From: Camelus dromedarius
Taxonomy: Eukaryota
NCBI RefSeq assembly: GCF_036321535.1
Contig: NC_087437.1
Span: 22,694,001 to 22,758,000 of the forward strand
Length of the DNA stretch: 64,000 bases
Direction of reading: 5' to 3'
A program made the translations under genes and the position numbers. Within the stretch, counting starts at the first letter, position 1; each line of letters begins with the position of its first letter. This document shows positions 38,680-49,549 of this stretch, in pieces. The notes below the pieces were generated by a model. The model worked only from the letters and a program-made list of their open reading frames with translations, was not told where the DNA came from and searched no databases.

Positions 38680-39860
38680 TTTATGTCTTAAATTTTGCTT
38701 CAAACAAGTTTTAAATGATGTGTCAGACTTGAAGACCTTCCCTCTACCCTTCTCCAGAAGTAATAAATACTCTGAAGTTAGAAAGTGTTCTTTCTCCCAT
38801 GACTGTATCCTTGTACTTCATATATATGTATTCATAGCAAAAATTAGTATTTTTATTTTTAAATTTTATCAAAATTTAGCCTTTGTATCCTGCTTTTTAC
38901 ATTCAGAAGTGATTTACCCACATTAATACATGTGTATTATGTCCATTCACTTACACTGCTGTGTAGCCTTCTATTGGTGAATGTATCATGATTGTTTTTT
39001 TCTTTCTCTAACAAGAGAATTAGGACAATTAGGTTGTTTCTTATTTGTCACCATGACTAAAAGTAACACGACATATGTTCTTGAACTTAAGTCTTTGCGT
39101 ACAGGTATAAATTTCTCCAGAAGTAGAAAATACCTAGATATAGAACTGCTGGATGATAAGGTATACTAATCGTCAATATTAGAATGTACTGACAAATTAC
39201 TTAAAAGTGGTTATACCAATTTACACTCTGCAGGAGAGTATAGGAGTATTTCCCCACATTCTAGCCACCGCTTAATACTGACAAATTTCTAATTTTTACC
39301 CACAAGGTTAAGTATAAGCTGATGTCACATTATTGTTTTCTTTGCATTTTCCATTACTAATTAAATAAGCATATTTTCCTTTGTTTATTGGCCTTTTTTG
39401 ATATCTCTTTAGTGAATTTTGGATCATATCTATTACCCAGCGTGACTTTTTCTTGTTTATTAGTTCTTCATACAATCTGGTTACTATTCTGTTTTGGTTA
39501 TTTTTTTTAACATTTTTTAATTGCATTATAGTCATTTTACAATGTTGTGTCAAATTCCAGTGTAGAGCACAATTTTTCAGTTATACATGAACATACATAT
39601 ATTCATTGTCACTTTCTTTTTCCGCTGTGAGTTTTGGTTACTTACATTTCAAATACATTCTTCTATTCTCTCACCTCTTTAAACTTTTTGACATTGCCTT
39701 TTAACTTTATCAATTGTGTCTTTTTCATGCAAAATTTTTCAGTTTAATGTAGTAGAATTTACTCCATCTTTACTTTAATTCAGCTTTGGTAACTTTAAAA
39801 AATTTTCCCCTATCCTAATGTCATAAATATATTTTTTTTCCTGAAGTTTTATAATTGGCT
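38680..39860 (-). mobile_element. Old L1 3' region, minus strand, host of a younger insertion
   Basis: aaaagtggttataccaatttacactc, ctaatttttacc...tttgcattttccattactaatt, catattttcctttgtttattggcc. Confidence 0.75.
39501..39630 (-). mobile_element. 130-nt 5'-truncated young L1 tail with 10-bp TSD
   Basis: The reverse complement aligns with the L1 end at 2193-2321, including the exact 32-mer acactggaatttgacacaacattgtaaaatga. TSD gttttggtta at 39491-39500 and 39631-39640. Confidence 0.93.
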
Positions 39861-40074
39861 GTTCATCCTGAAATTTTAAAAGCCTGAGGAAAGGTTTAGG
39901 TTATGATAATAAATAAAGTAAGTTATAGTGTTTTAAAGACTATCTGATTTAAACTACATAGGAAAAATGTGAAATATATGTAAATATATTTATTTGTAAT
40001 ATTACATGTAATAAGCATAAATTATCATTGAGAAATTGTAAGAATATTATACCATAAAACTATGATGACTTTTT

Positions 40075-40152
40075 TTATTATTGTTGTCATTTTTTTTCCT
40101 TTTTCAGTTTTATTAGGTAGAATTATTACAGTTTGACTGCACATATACATTA
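40075..40152 (-). mobile_element. 78-nt retrotransposed insertion (AATAAA plus A-rich tail) of unknown source with 14-bp TSD
   Basis: TSD tatgatgacttttt at 40061-40074 and 40153-40166; minus-strand AATAAA at 40108-40113; T|AAAAA target on the minus strand. Confidence 0.8.
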
Positions 40153-40334
40153 TATGATGACTTTTTATGTGATTAAAGTTCCAGAAGTTAGAAATACACT
40201 ATTGTGAACATTATACATGCAAAAATGACAGATATAAACACTGGTATTTCATTGGAGGTAGATAATGTTTATAAACCCAGGCAGACTTAAGCGGAGAATT
40301 ATGAACAAAACATTTATATAGTTCTAAATATTGA

Positions 40335-41130
40335 GTTTGGCAGCATGGAGTTGTGGAAAGAACATTGAAGTTAGAGTCAGGAGACCTGGTCCTAAGACCA
40401 GTTCTGCCACAGATCAATATTGATCAAATCATATAAGCTTTCAAGAGCCTCAGTTTCCTATTGTGAAACATAGGAGTAACATCTGTTCACCTCACAGAAT
40501 AATGGTGAGATTGAAATGGAAATAACAACTACCCTGGAAAAGAGAACACACAGTCATTAAAATTTAGGCAGGGCTGAAGTTCAAGGTCTGTCTTCCTCAC
40601 TTATATACTAGTACAGTTACCAATCATCAATTAATCATAATAATAATTAATAATAAAAATAACAACTGACATTTTCAAAGGCTGTTACAGTTTTAAAAGT
40701 GCCTTCATACACAGACTCTCATTTTTTCTTCACAACAACCCTAGTATAAGTATTGTGAACAGCTCATTTTTACAGAGGTAAAACCAAGGCTCAGAGAGTC
40801 ATGTGGCTTTCACAAAATCACATACCTTGTAAATAGTAAGACTTAGACTCAAATCTTAGCTTCTAATTGTGAGTTCATTGCTTTGTTGATAAAAATAATG
40901 ATAATAAAACTAACAGTTAACATAACTTGAGTGCTTACTATAAGCCAGCACTATTCTAAGTGTTTTACATGTATTTTCTCATTTGCAAATCACAATGTAG
41001 TTAGGAATATTCCATTTTATAAAGGGGAAGTTGAAGTATAGAGAAATTAAGTAACTCATCCAACGTCGCACAGCTGGTGAGTAGCATTTGAAACAAGTAA
41101 TACAGTGCCAGGGGCTGCCTTCTTAACTAC
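40335..41130. mobile_element. Three MIR copies (+ ~40335-40520; - ~40650-40880; - ~40890-41130)
   Basis: ggcagcatggagttgtggaaagaacattg...tcagtttcct; catttttacagaggtaaaaccaaggctcagagag; gagtgcttactataagccagcactattctaagtgttttacatgtatt. Confidence 0.75.
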
Positions 41131-41337
41131 AATATTCCATCTGCCATCCACCTGTGGGTTCGGGTTACCCACTCCACTGCTGGATGTGCCCTCATTGGCT
41201 AAAAATACATAAAGACCACCTAGGTTTTCTAGATCATTGCCACAGCACCTAGACACTGATGGCCAGAGTTTCCTATGTTTCTACATAAGATTCTTGACAC
41301 ATGAAATTACGTCTATTACCTTTGTGAGCCTTTACTA

Positions 41338-41462
41338 ACATAACCATACCTTCTGGTTTGACCAGAATAGTCCCAGGTAATACTTGTTGTCCTGGCCTAA
41401 TTATCATGGCCCCATTCACTCTCAAGAGTTCCAGTTTGAAAATCAAATGATCTGGTTTCCTC
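41338..41462. mobile_element. MER94/MER81-like hAT-Blackjack MITE
   Basis: taaccata...ctggtttgaccagaatagtcccagg...ttgttgtcctggcctaattat. Confidence 0.55.
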
Positions 41463-42452
41463 CTTTGAACCTAGGCACCCAGACTCCAGGCCTTTTAACT
41501 GCCTACACACAACTTCGATTGGCTGCTGGTCCTTTGTGGGCCTGCCCTTCATTGTATGGATAGCCTACCTCCCGCCACTAGCTGTGATATTAAAATGACG
41601 GGGGTGGGAGGGTGGCGTGGGGTGGGGAGGCTCCTGTTCTAATATTGGCTCGATATAAGCAGGGGAAGAGAAAATAACAGGTGGGTGTGAGAAGGGACTG
41701 GTCCCCATCTCACCAAGAGTATTTACTCCTCATTACCAAGGTAAGAATTACAAAAGGAAAGGCATCCAACACAATTGAAAACTTGTGCATCAAGAGTGAT
41801 TTTCCCCAATCTGGAATTGGTCTTAATCTTGGCCAATCTTTATATTATAGGCAAAAGAAACTGTGCTTTCCAACCCTCAGAACATATGGGAGCACTGCAG
41901 CCCCACAGTTTCTTTTTGGCCTCACCTAACTTTGAAACGTGCGGGCAGCTTCCCCATCACAAGACCTCACCAGGGAGCAACTGGCCTGGGGAAGCTGGAC
42001 AGTGAAGGGCTGAGTCAGCAAGGACCGCAGTCACAGCAGGCATGCTTGAGGGGATTTGGGGGAAGGAGGAGGAGGTGCTGAAATCAGCAGAAGATAGATG
42101 CCAAACAGCCTGATTTAAAATTAAAATGATGTGTTTTTCAAACAGTGCATCTACCTTAAGTATGATGAATTAAAAAATAACACCAAAGTTCCTCCAACAT
42201 GCCTTCCTCAAATTTTGCCCCAAGAGGGGAATCCATGCTTGCCAAGGGCAGATGTTAAGGAAGCAGAGTAATATTTACAGCACACCGAACACTAAATGTA
42301 ACTTTTTCTCACTTATTTTGTAAAGCCATCCTCTAACATGGGTAACACTGATCTATTTCATAGATGAAAAAAAATATGAGAAGTTAACTTTTCAAGATCT
42401 CAGTGCTAGAAATGACATAGATAGGATTCAGCTCTAGGTGCAACTGCAAAAC

Positions 42453-42811
42453 TGCAATGGACTGAATATTTGTGTCTCCTCAAAATTCATATGTTAATCC
42501 AACCCCTAAAGTGTTGGTACTAGGAGGTGAGGCCTTTGGAAAGTCACTGGGTCATAAGCGAAGAGCCCTCATAATGGGTTTAGTGCCCTTATAAAAGAAA
42601 ACAGAGAGCATTCTCATTCTTTCTACCATGTAAGGACACAGCAGGAAGACAGTCATCTATAACCAGGAAGCTAGCTCTCACCAGACACCAAATATGCCTG
42701 TGTCTTGATCTTGGACTTTCCAGTCTCTAAAACTGAGGGAAATAAGTGTTTGTTGTTTAAGTCACCCAGACTATGGTATTTTTGCTATAGCTGCCCAAAA
42801 GGACTAAGACA
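42453..42811 (+). mobile_element. MLT1A-type MaLR solo LTR with 5-bp TSD
   Basis: TG...CA termini (tgcaatggactgaatatttgtgtctcctcaaaattcatatgtt ... ggactaagaca); TSD aaaac at 42448-42452 and 42812-42816. Confidence 0.9.
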
Positions 42812-42992
42812 AAAACCTTATGCATTTATCTACATCACCTTAGAAGCAGTCAGTTTAAGCTGAAGATATGCAGCTCTAACAGTGGAATTTTAAGACAGTC
42901 ATCATGTGGCAAAGAACTTTTTTGTGAGATGAAAAATGAGGTGTGTGGTATTTCCAGTTCTCCTAAAAATGCAATGATATAGGCATATTTTC

Positions 42993-43205
42993 ACTGGTGT
43001 GCTAGTAAATCATCTCTCTGGAGGAAAAAAAAAAAAAGCCCACAAGCTCAGATTTGTAGGACTTGACAATTTCTGTGGTCTAACTACTCTTACCATGGCC
43101 CATTTCAAGAAGCCAATGTTTGAGCAACTGGCTTGCAAGATTCCTAGATACCTAATAAATAATCAGCTCTCAGAGCATGGACAAGCCTGTTCTAGCACTC
43201 TACTA
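42993..43205 (+). mobile_element. MER63A-like hAT MITE
   Basis: cactggtgtgctagtaaat...ctcagatttgtagg...accatggcccatttcaag. Confidence 0.75.
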
Positions 43206-43295
43206 CATTATTTGACTCCAACTATGTTTTAAGTCGTGATTTGGGTTCTCTTCTTGAGCACTTAACCTATATAAAAGTTCCCAGACCATGGAAGG

Positions 43296-43714
43296 TGTAG
43301 AAGACCAGAATATATCCCCCTCAAAATATGCCTTTTGTAAGGGAAATTTCACTAAGGAAACCTCTGCTTTAAAGTAGGAAGAGAAGGATGACTCTAAATC
43401 ATGAGAAATTTATCAATAAGAAAAGCATAGACTTAAACCTTAGGACCTTACCCTTATTTACCTTACATTTCCTGGCCACTCTCCTAAAACTTGCCTCCTC
43501 TATATCCTTTCCCTTGTTTTAGTTGAAGATGATATTAAAGCCTGAATTCTAAGCCATCTCTGGGTTACTCATTCCCTAGATTTCTCCCAGGTATATATGA
43601 AATAACTATGTTAATAAATTTCCATTTATTTCTCTCTTGTTAATCTATCCTTTTTTACAGGGGCCCTAGTCAAAAACTTAGATGGGTAGAAAGAAAAATT
43701 TTTCTTCCCCTGCA
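43296..43714 (+). mobile_element. ERV1 solo LTR (MER34-like) with 4-bp TSD
   Basis: Starts tgtagaagaccagaatatat...caaaatatgcc, has AATAAA near 43614, ends ttcttcccctgca; TSD aagg at 43292-43295 and 43715-43718. Confidence 0.85.
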
Positions 43715-43722
43715 AAGGTCAG

Positions 43723-44120
43723 TGTGTTGGATACTGGGATCCCCTCCAATGAAGGTCTTGTTATCTCTGCCACTTGGAATGCTCTCAGCCCCTTTAGAGA
43801 TTGCCAAGACTAAAAAGAGCTACCTCATCTGAAGCCATGCCCTTTCCAGAGTAGCCCGCATCCAAAGACAGAATGCTTTGGTATTTTAGAGTCCAGGCCA
43901 TCTCGGACCAACTGGAGATGACCCCAAAGAGCCATTCTAACTCCAGAGCCTCCTGAGGAGATAGAAAAAAAATTGTTGAGCCTGCATGACAGCTTAACTT
44001 CACCCTCGGCCCACTCAGGCTTCCTTCCTCTTTCATTTAGTAAGTGTTGATCTCAAGGGCACTTAACTATCCTGCTCACTAAACTCCACATCAGAGACCA
44101 CTTCTTTAAGAACCCGATAG
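43723..44120 (+). mobile_element. ERVL solo LTR (LTR16-like)
   Basis: aagagctacctcatctgaagccatgccctttccag...ttgagcctgcatgacagcttaacttc...gtgttgatctcaagggcact...ctaaactccacatcagag. Confidence 0.7.
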
Positions 44121-44877
44121 TCAGAAGGAACGGTGGAGAACACCTGAATTTGTAGGACATTCTTTCTCCACACGCCACCACCTGAAGCGAAACTCTGTAC
44201 AGCAGACCATGTCCAGTTAGCCTTATAATTGGAAATGGATCTGAGAGGAGCAGCTGGGAGACTCTTAACTCAAGACAGGCTCAAATGGCATCAGGAGACA
44301 AGCCAGTTAAATGCACAGTTTCCTTAAGGTTCCCACCCCTCCTGACGGTCCTCATCCCTCCAGTGCCGCTGATGCGTATCCTAACTTCGGACTGTATAAG
44401 CTACTAATGAGGAGCTTCTTAGCTCTTTAGGGAAGAACAAGGAAATGCAGTTGGATGAAACCTTATATAATTACTCGCTGGAGATCAACGATGATAAATG
44501 TGCACTCTCAGCACAGTTTAATGTTTTAGAAGGAACAAAGCAAAGGGGAAAGGAATTGAAAGACCTGTTTTAACTTTTACCTACTTAAAGTCTGATGAGA
44601 AATTTCTTTCTCCCTCCCTTTCTCCCCCCCTACTCCCCGATTGTCTCTCCTGTGCCCAGCCTCTTCTTCTCCCTCTCCCTCTAGCCTTACTCCATTATTT
44701 GGAGATGAGACTGCCAGCAGTTCAACCCTCTGAGTAGCAAAATCCACCACAGAGCCCGGTACTTCACTCTGAGGGGGAAGCTATGATAGATACTTGGATA
44801 TAAAATGGCCAGCAACTAAGACAGGATTGAGTACTAGGGAGAAGTAGCAACTGAAAACTGGAGAATGATGCTTCATT

Positions 44878-45040
44878 ATTTCATCCACTCACTTGCCAGG
44901 GTCCACAGAGTATCAACCATGTGCAAAGCACCCTGCTGTGAGCTGGGAATACAATGTGACCACAGACAGACTTAGACCTGGTCCTTGCCCTACTGGAGCC
45001 TACGACCTAGTGAGGAGATAGACATTAATCCAGCATCACA
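44878..45040 (-). mobile_element. LINE-2 3' end
   Basis: ccatgtgcaaagcaccctgctgtgagctgggaatacaatg...gtccttgccctactggagcctacgacctagtg. Confidence 0.7.
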
Positions 45041-46809
45041 GATATAAATATTAACTTACCACTCAGTTAAGATACAGTGGGAGCACCCAAGCTGGAGCTA
45101 CAAGCTGATAGAACCAGATACTGAAGTATGGCAGTGTGGGGTCACTTGGGATGGGAATCAATGTTCCCACAAAGCTAACAGCCTCTAAGAACATCCTTAC
45201 CTCAAGCCAAGAGCCTATGTATATACTGGTGCTGCTGAAACTCAGAATACAGTAAGATTTCAGAAAAGAGCGGAATTTTTCAAGAAACAAACAAAAATAG
45301 TTAAAATAAAAATAAAATGTTAATAAAATATGAGCTATTCTACTGGTCTTTAAGTTGGGGTGTACATATGTCAGGAAGTGAACAAGATGATCCCTGTGGG
45401 AGTGCAAAGAACTTTTTATACTTTTTTTTTAAATCACCATACATGTTAATGTTTAAAAGAATATTTAGGGTTTGTTTGGTGAAAAGTCACTTAGGAGGAA
45501 TAATTTGTTCTGAGATAACATATAATACAAGATTTATTGATATATATAGAAAATAGTATCAAATAACAAAGTATGAGTCAGTTTTTAAAAGATTAGCCTT
45601 GCATGGAAAATATTTCACCATGATCTTGAGCTGCGCAGGATGGGGAAGTGGAGAGAACAGTCTCAGAACCCCTAGCTACGCACTCCCTCCACAAATAGCT
45701 TTAAAAACATGTCCTCTGATATCTAATCTAAGTGGATGGCTATCAATATCCCAAATCACTAGTCCACAGTGTGCTCTGCCATGCTGGCTCCCAGTTCTTA
45801 GAAAGTGTGTCTGTGCTACAACCTTAAGTCCCTTCTGGAACTAGGAAATGGATGACCAGATGGATGATCTAAGATGGTCCAAGACCAGGCAGTAAGCAAG
45901 AGGCAGGGGAGACTGGGAGATGGGTGGGCATCCCAGTTGTTTCTCCCTGTGGTGCTCTAGGGTATTTTCTAGGGCTTGAAGCCAGAAACCTAAGACGCCA
46001 TCCATTTATTCCACAGCCACTCTCCTCTTTTCAAATTCTGTCATGTCAGAAAGAGGACCAAGGCCAGTGTTCAGCCTGCTCACACACTTTCATATGACTG
46101 CTCTCATTCCCCAGCCAAGAGTGAGTGTGAGAGAAACAGTACAATCTATGCTCAAATCACATGGCACTCCAGTAGACCACTGCCACCAACAGCTTCTATG
46201 TTATTTTGAGTAGCTAGGATTTTTGGTAAGAAATAAAATTGGACTGCTGGTGGAATGCAATCCCTGCCACAAATCAATGTTCCAGTGGCCAGTTTCCTTA
46301 GAACATGAGTCCTGAGTGATGATTTGTGAAGAATAAGAAAGGAAGTCAGAAGAGTTTTTGAGTGAGGTGTCCATGGCCCTGTCTCAGAAAGCCAAGCTGC
46401 AGTCCAGGTGGCAAGGGCTTGACCCCAACTCTGCCAAACAGATCTGTCCAGGTAATTCTTAATCTTGTGTTTGGGGTGCTCCAAGATACAATCAAAGTGC
46501 AGTAGGACAACTCTTTGGTGTCTGGCTGTGCATTCTGAATTCAGGATTGCAAAAGTGGCCAGGAAGCTAGGCAGAGTCTGCCAGCCTTTGGGGCATGATG
46601 TTCCTGTTATTTCTGCATTTTCTGCATTTTCACTGCCCATTTCAAGTAGATGTCTCTCTTCTTCTCCTCTACCTTTCTTGACCACAATAAATGGGATTTT
46701 TCCAGAACTTTTTGTATAGACAAAATGGTCTTAGATATTGAAAAATATAGCATAGATCTGGCAAGAAAAAAATGACTTCCAGAAAGCAAAGGCATCTAAT
46801 CTTATTTAG

Positions 46810-47180
46810 TTTTGCCCTCTGCTTTGAAATTCTCTTCTTCCAGATCTCTGGGTGGCTCGCTCTCAATTTCATTCACATCTTGGCTCCAACTTCACCTCCT
46901 CAATGAGGCTTGCAGGACATATCTCAATGTACTTCTCTCTCCATCCTCTCATTTTGCGAACAATCTATGCTCAAATCACATGGTTTCTTCATAGCATGTC
47001 TCCACCTGACATTAGATTATAAATGCTATAAATGCTTGTCTGTCTCTCCCATAGAATCTAAGCTCCATGAAAGCAAGGACTTTGTTTTGTTCACTGATAA
47101 ATTTTCATCACCTAAAATAAGTGCTTGGTATATGATTAGTGCTAAATAAATAAATACTTGTTTAATGGCTAAATGGATAA
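46810..47180 (+). mobile_element. LINE-2 (L2a-like) 3' end containing a 24-bp foreign insert
   Basis: tctgtctctcccatagaatctaagctccatgaaagcaaggactttgttttgttcactg...taaatacttgtttaatgg. Confidence 0.8.
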
Positions 47181-47219
47181 GGAAATCTATGTTGTTCAAT
47201 GACTAAATTATAACCAAAT

Positions 47220-47613
47220 GGAACTAATCATCAGGGAAATAAAAATCAAAACCACAAGGAGATAGAACATATCACCTCACATCTGTTAGAATGGCTATTA
47301 TCAAAAGAGAACAAAATATAACAAGTGTTGGCCAGGATGTCAATAAAAAGGAACACTGTGCACTGATGGTGGGAATGTAAATTGGTGCAGCCACTATGGA
47401 AAACAGTATAGAGGTTTCTCAAAAAATTAAAAATAGAACTGCCGTATGATCCAGTAACCCCACTTCTAAAAATCTATTCAAAGAAACTAAAATTAGGGTC
47501 TGGAAGAGATAGTCACACTCCATGTTTCCTGCAGCATTATTTACAATAGTCAACACATGGAAATAATCTAAGTGTTCACTGATGTATAATTAGATTAAGA
47601 AAAATGGTGTGTG

Positions 47614-47649
<36 letters not shown>

Positions 47650-48205
47650 CACACACACACATACATACACATACACAATGGAATACTATTCAGCCATACA
47701 AAAGAAGGAAACTCTGCCATTTACAACAACATGGACGGACCTTGAGGACATTATGCTAAGTGAAATAAGATAGAAAAAGGCAAATACTGTATGATGTCAC
47801 GTACCAGGAGTCTAAAAACAAAACAGAACAAAACAAAAAAACCAAACTCACCAAAACAGAACAAACTGGTGGTTGCCAGAGGTGAGAGATGAGAGGTGGG
47901 AAAAATGGCTGAAGGTAGTCAAAAGATAAAAACTTCCAGTTGTAAGATAAATAAATCCTGGGGATACAATTTACAGCATGGTGACTACAGTAAATAACAT
48001 TGTATTGTACATTTGAAAGGTGCTAAGAACTTGAAAGTTCTCACCACAGAAAGAATTATAACTATATGAAGTGATGAATGTTGACTAAACTTATTATGAT
48101 AATTATTTTGCATTTGATATATACATATATATCAAAGCGTTATGCTGTATACTTTGAACTAATATAATCTTTTATGTTAATTTTATCTCAATAAAACTGG
48201 CAAAC
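47220..48205 (+). mobile_element. L1MA-like 3' end (ORF2 C-terminus and 3' UTR) with internal (TA)n/(CA)n repeat at ~47608-47676
   Basis: gggaatgtaaattggtgcagccactatggaaaacagtat, aatggaatactattcagccata, and the end tatctcaataaaactgg. Confidence 0.88.
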
Positions 48206-49549
48206 ATGTTTTAAAAATGGAATACTTAGTGTCTTGAGACATTTCTGAAATCATTTCTCAGGCCAACTTTCTGCAAAGAGTTGAATAAAGGTGGGAAAAA
48301 AATAGATAAGACAAATTTAACATGTTAAGTTTCTTTATTAACAATAGATCTCTTAACTAAGGTTGAGGACGAAAGTAGCTAAGTCTATCCAAACAGCCGC
48401 ATCCCAAGCACTGCCAAGCTTGATATTCCCTGGGACCATCTCATGTGTAAGAGCCAAGACTTGTCATGATAGAAAAATATAAATCATGAATCCTTGCTTT
48501 CTGCAGAATAGAGAAGTAATTGATAATATCCTACAAATGTTTCTCCAGACCCAAAGTGCTGATTTATTGTGATGCTTGCTCCTCTCATTGTGCCTAGAAT
48601 AGTTTTAGAGATTTCTTTCCTGTCTTTTCTTTATCCTCCCCAAAAGTGTCCCAGCATTAACTGCACATATTTATCTCGTAGTCTAATGACTCTTTCTGGT
48701 CAAGCTGTTCCTGTTACCAGAAGAGTTTTTCCTTCTGGCCTCTGCGGCCAGAATAATAAAGCAAAGAGAAAGACTGGAAAGAACAGAAATAGTTTATAAA
48801 CAAATTTATGAGAATTAAGATTCTGAAACACAATAAGTCAAAATAACCATTAGAAAAAGTTGGACAGAGAGAAAAAAATTTAAGACACTGATGTTTTAAT
48901 GCTGCAAATACAAAATTACTTTTTATGGGTTTTGTTTTTTTAAAATTTTATTTGTCTTTCAAATTTCCTCTGTATAGCACAAAATTATTTTTTAAAGTCA
49001 TATAATTAGCTGTTGCTGTAAGGACTTCCTTAAAATATCTCAAAAAGCACACAATATTATCAACACAATTGATAACAGCTTCAGTGTGACCTATTTGAAG
49101 CCTGGGAATTTTCTTTATTGAAACAATAGACAGGACAGATTATTCAGCAGTGTAACTTACTCCAAAATAACTTTCCTTACCAAATGATAGTGTCACTTGT
49201 CACACAGGAAGTGAAGACTAGGCAAACTTTTCAATGGGTAGTTCCTTTGACTTTTCACATTACAGTCAACTGATTTATAAATTATAGGAAGTATAAATTT
49301 AACTGTGCTGACAACTTTTTGAAAGTTTACTGGGTCTGCAAGACCTTTCCAGCCAAATGGCCTGTTCACCTTTCCATATCAATGTGGAAAAACATAATGT
49401 GTTCAATCAATGGTAAATAAATTAGTGATGAGATAGACTGATTCATTCATTCATCAGTTTTAAACTATACTTGTGATTTTCAACTACAAACCAGCTCCTT
49501 TCCTTAATTTCTAAGTTCCCCACTTCTGTCTTACCATTCTCTGTGAACC

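Noticed and set aside
46152..46685. 177-aa minus-strand ORF, the longest non-L1 ORF
   Set aside because: No recognisable domain, a non-ATG start, not part of NHE9, and no poly-A/TSD structure of a retrogene.
46141..46983. 24-bp direct repeats read as a TSD, att site or CRISPR-like repeat
   Set aside because: There are only two copies, the context is mammalian, and the second copy lies inside a continuous L2. It is reported as a templated insertion instead.
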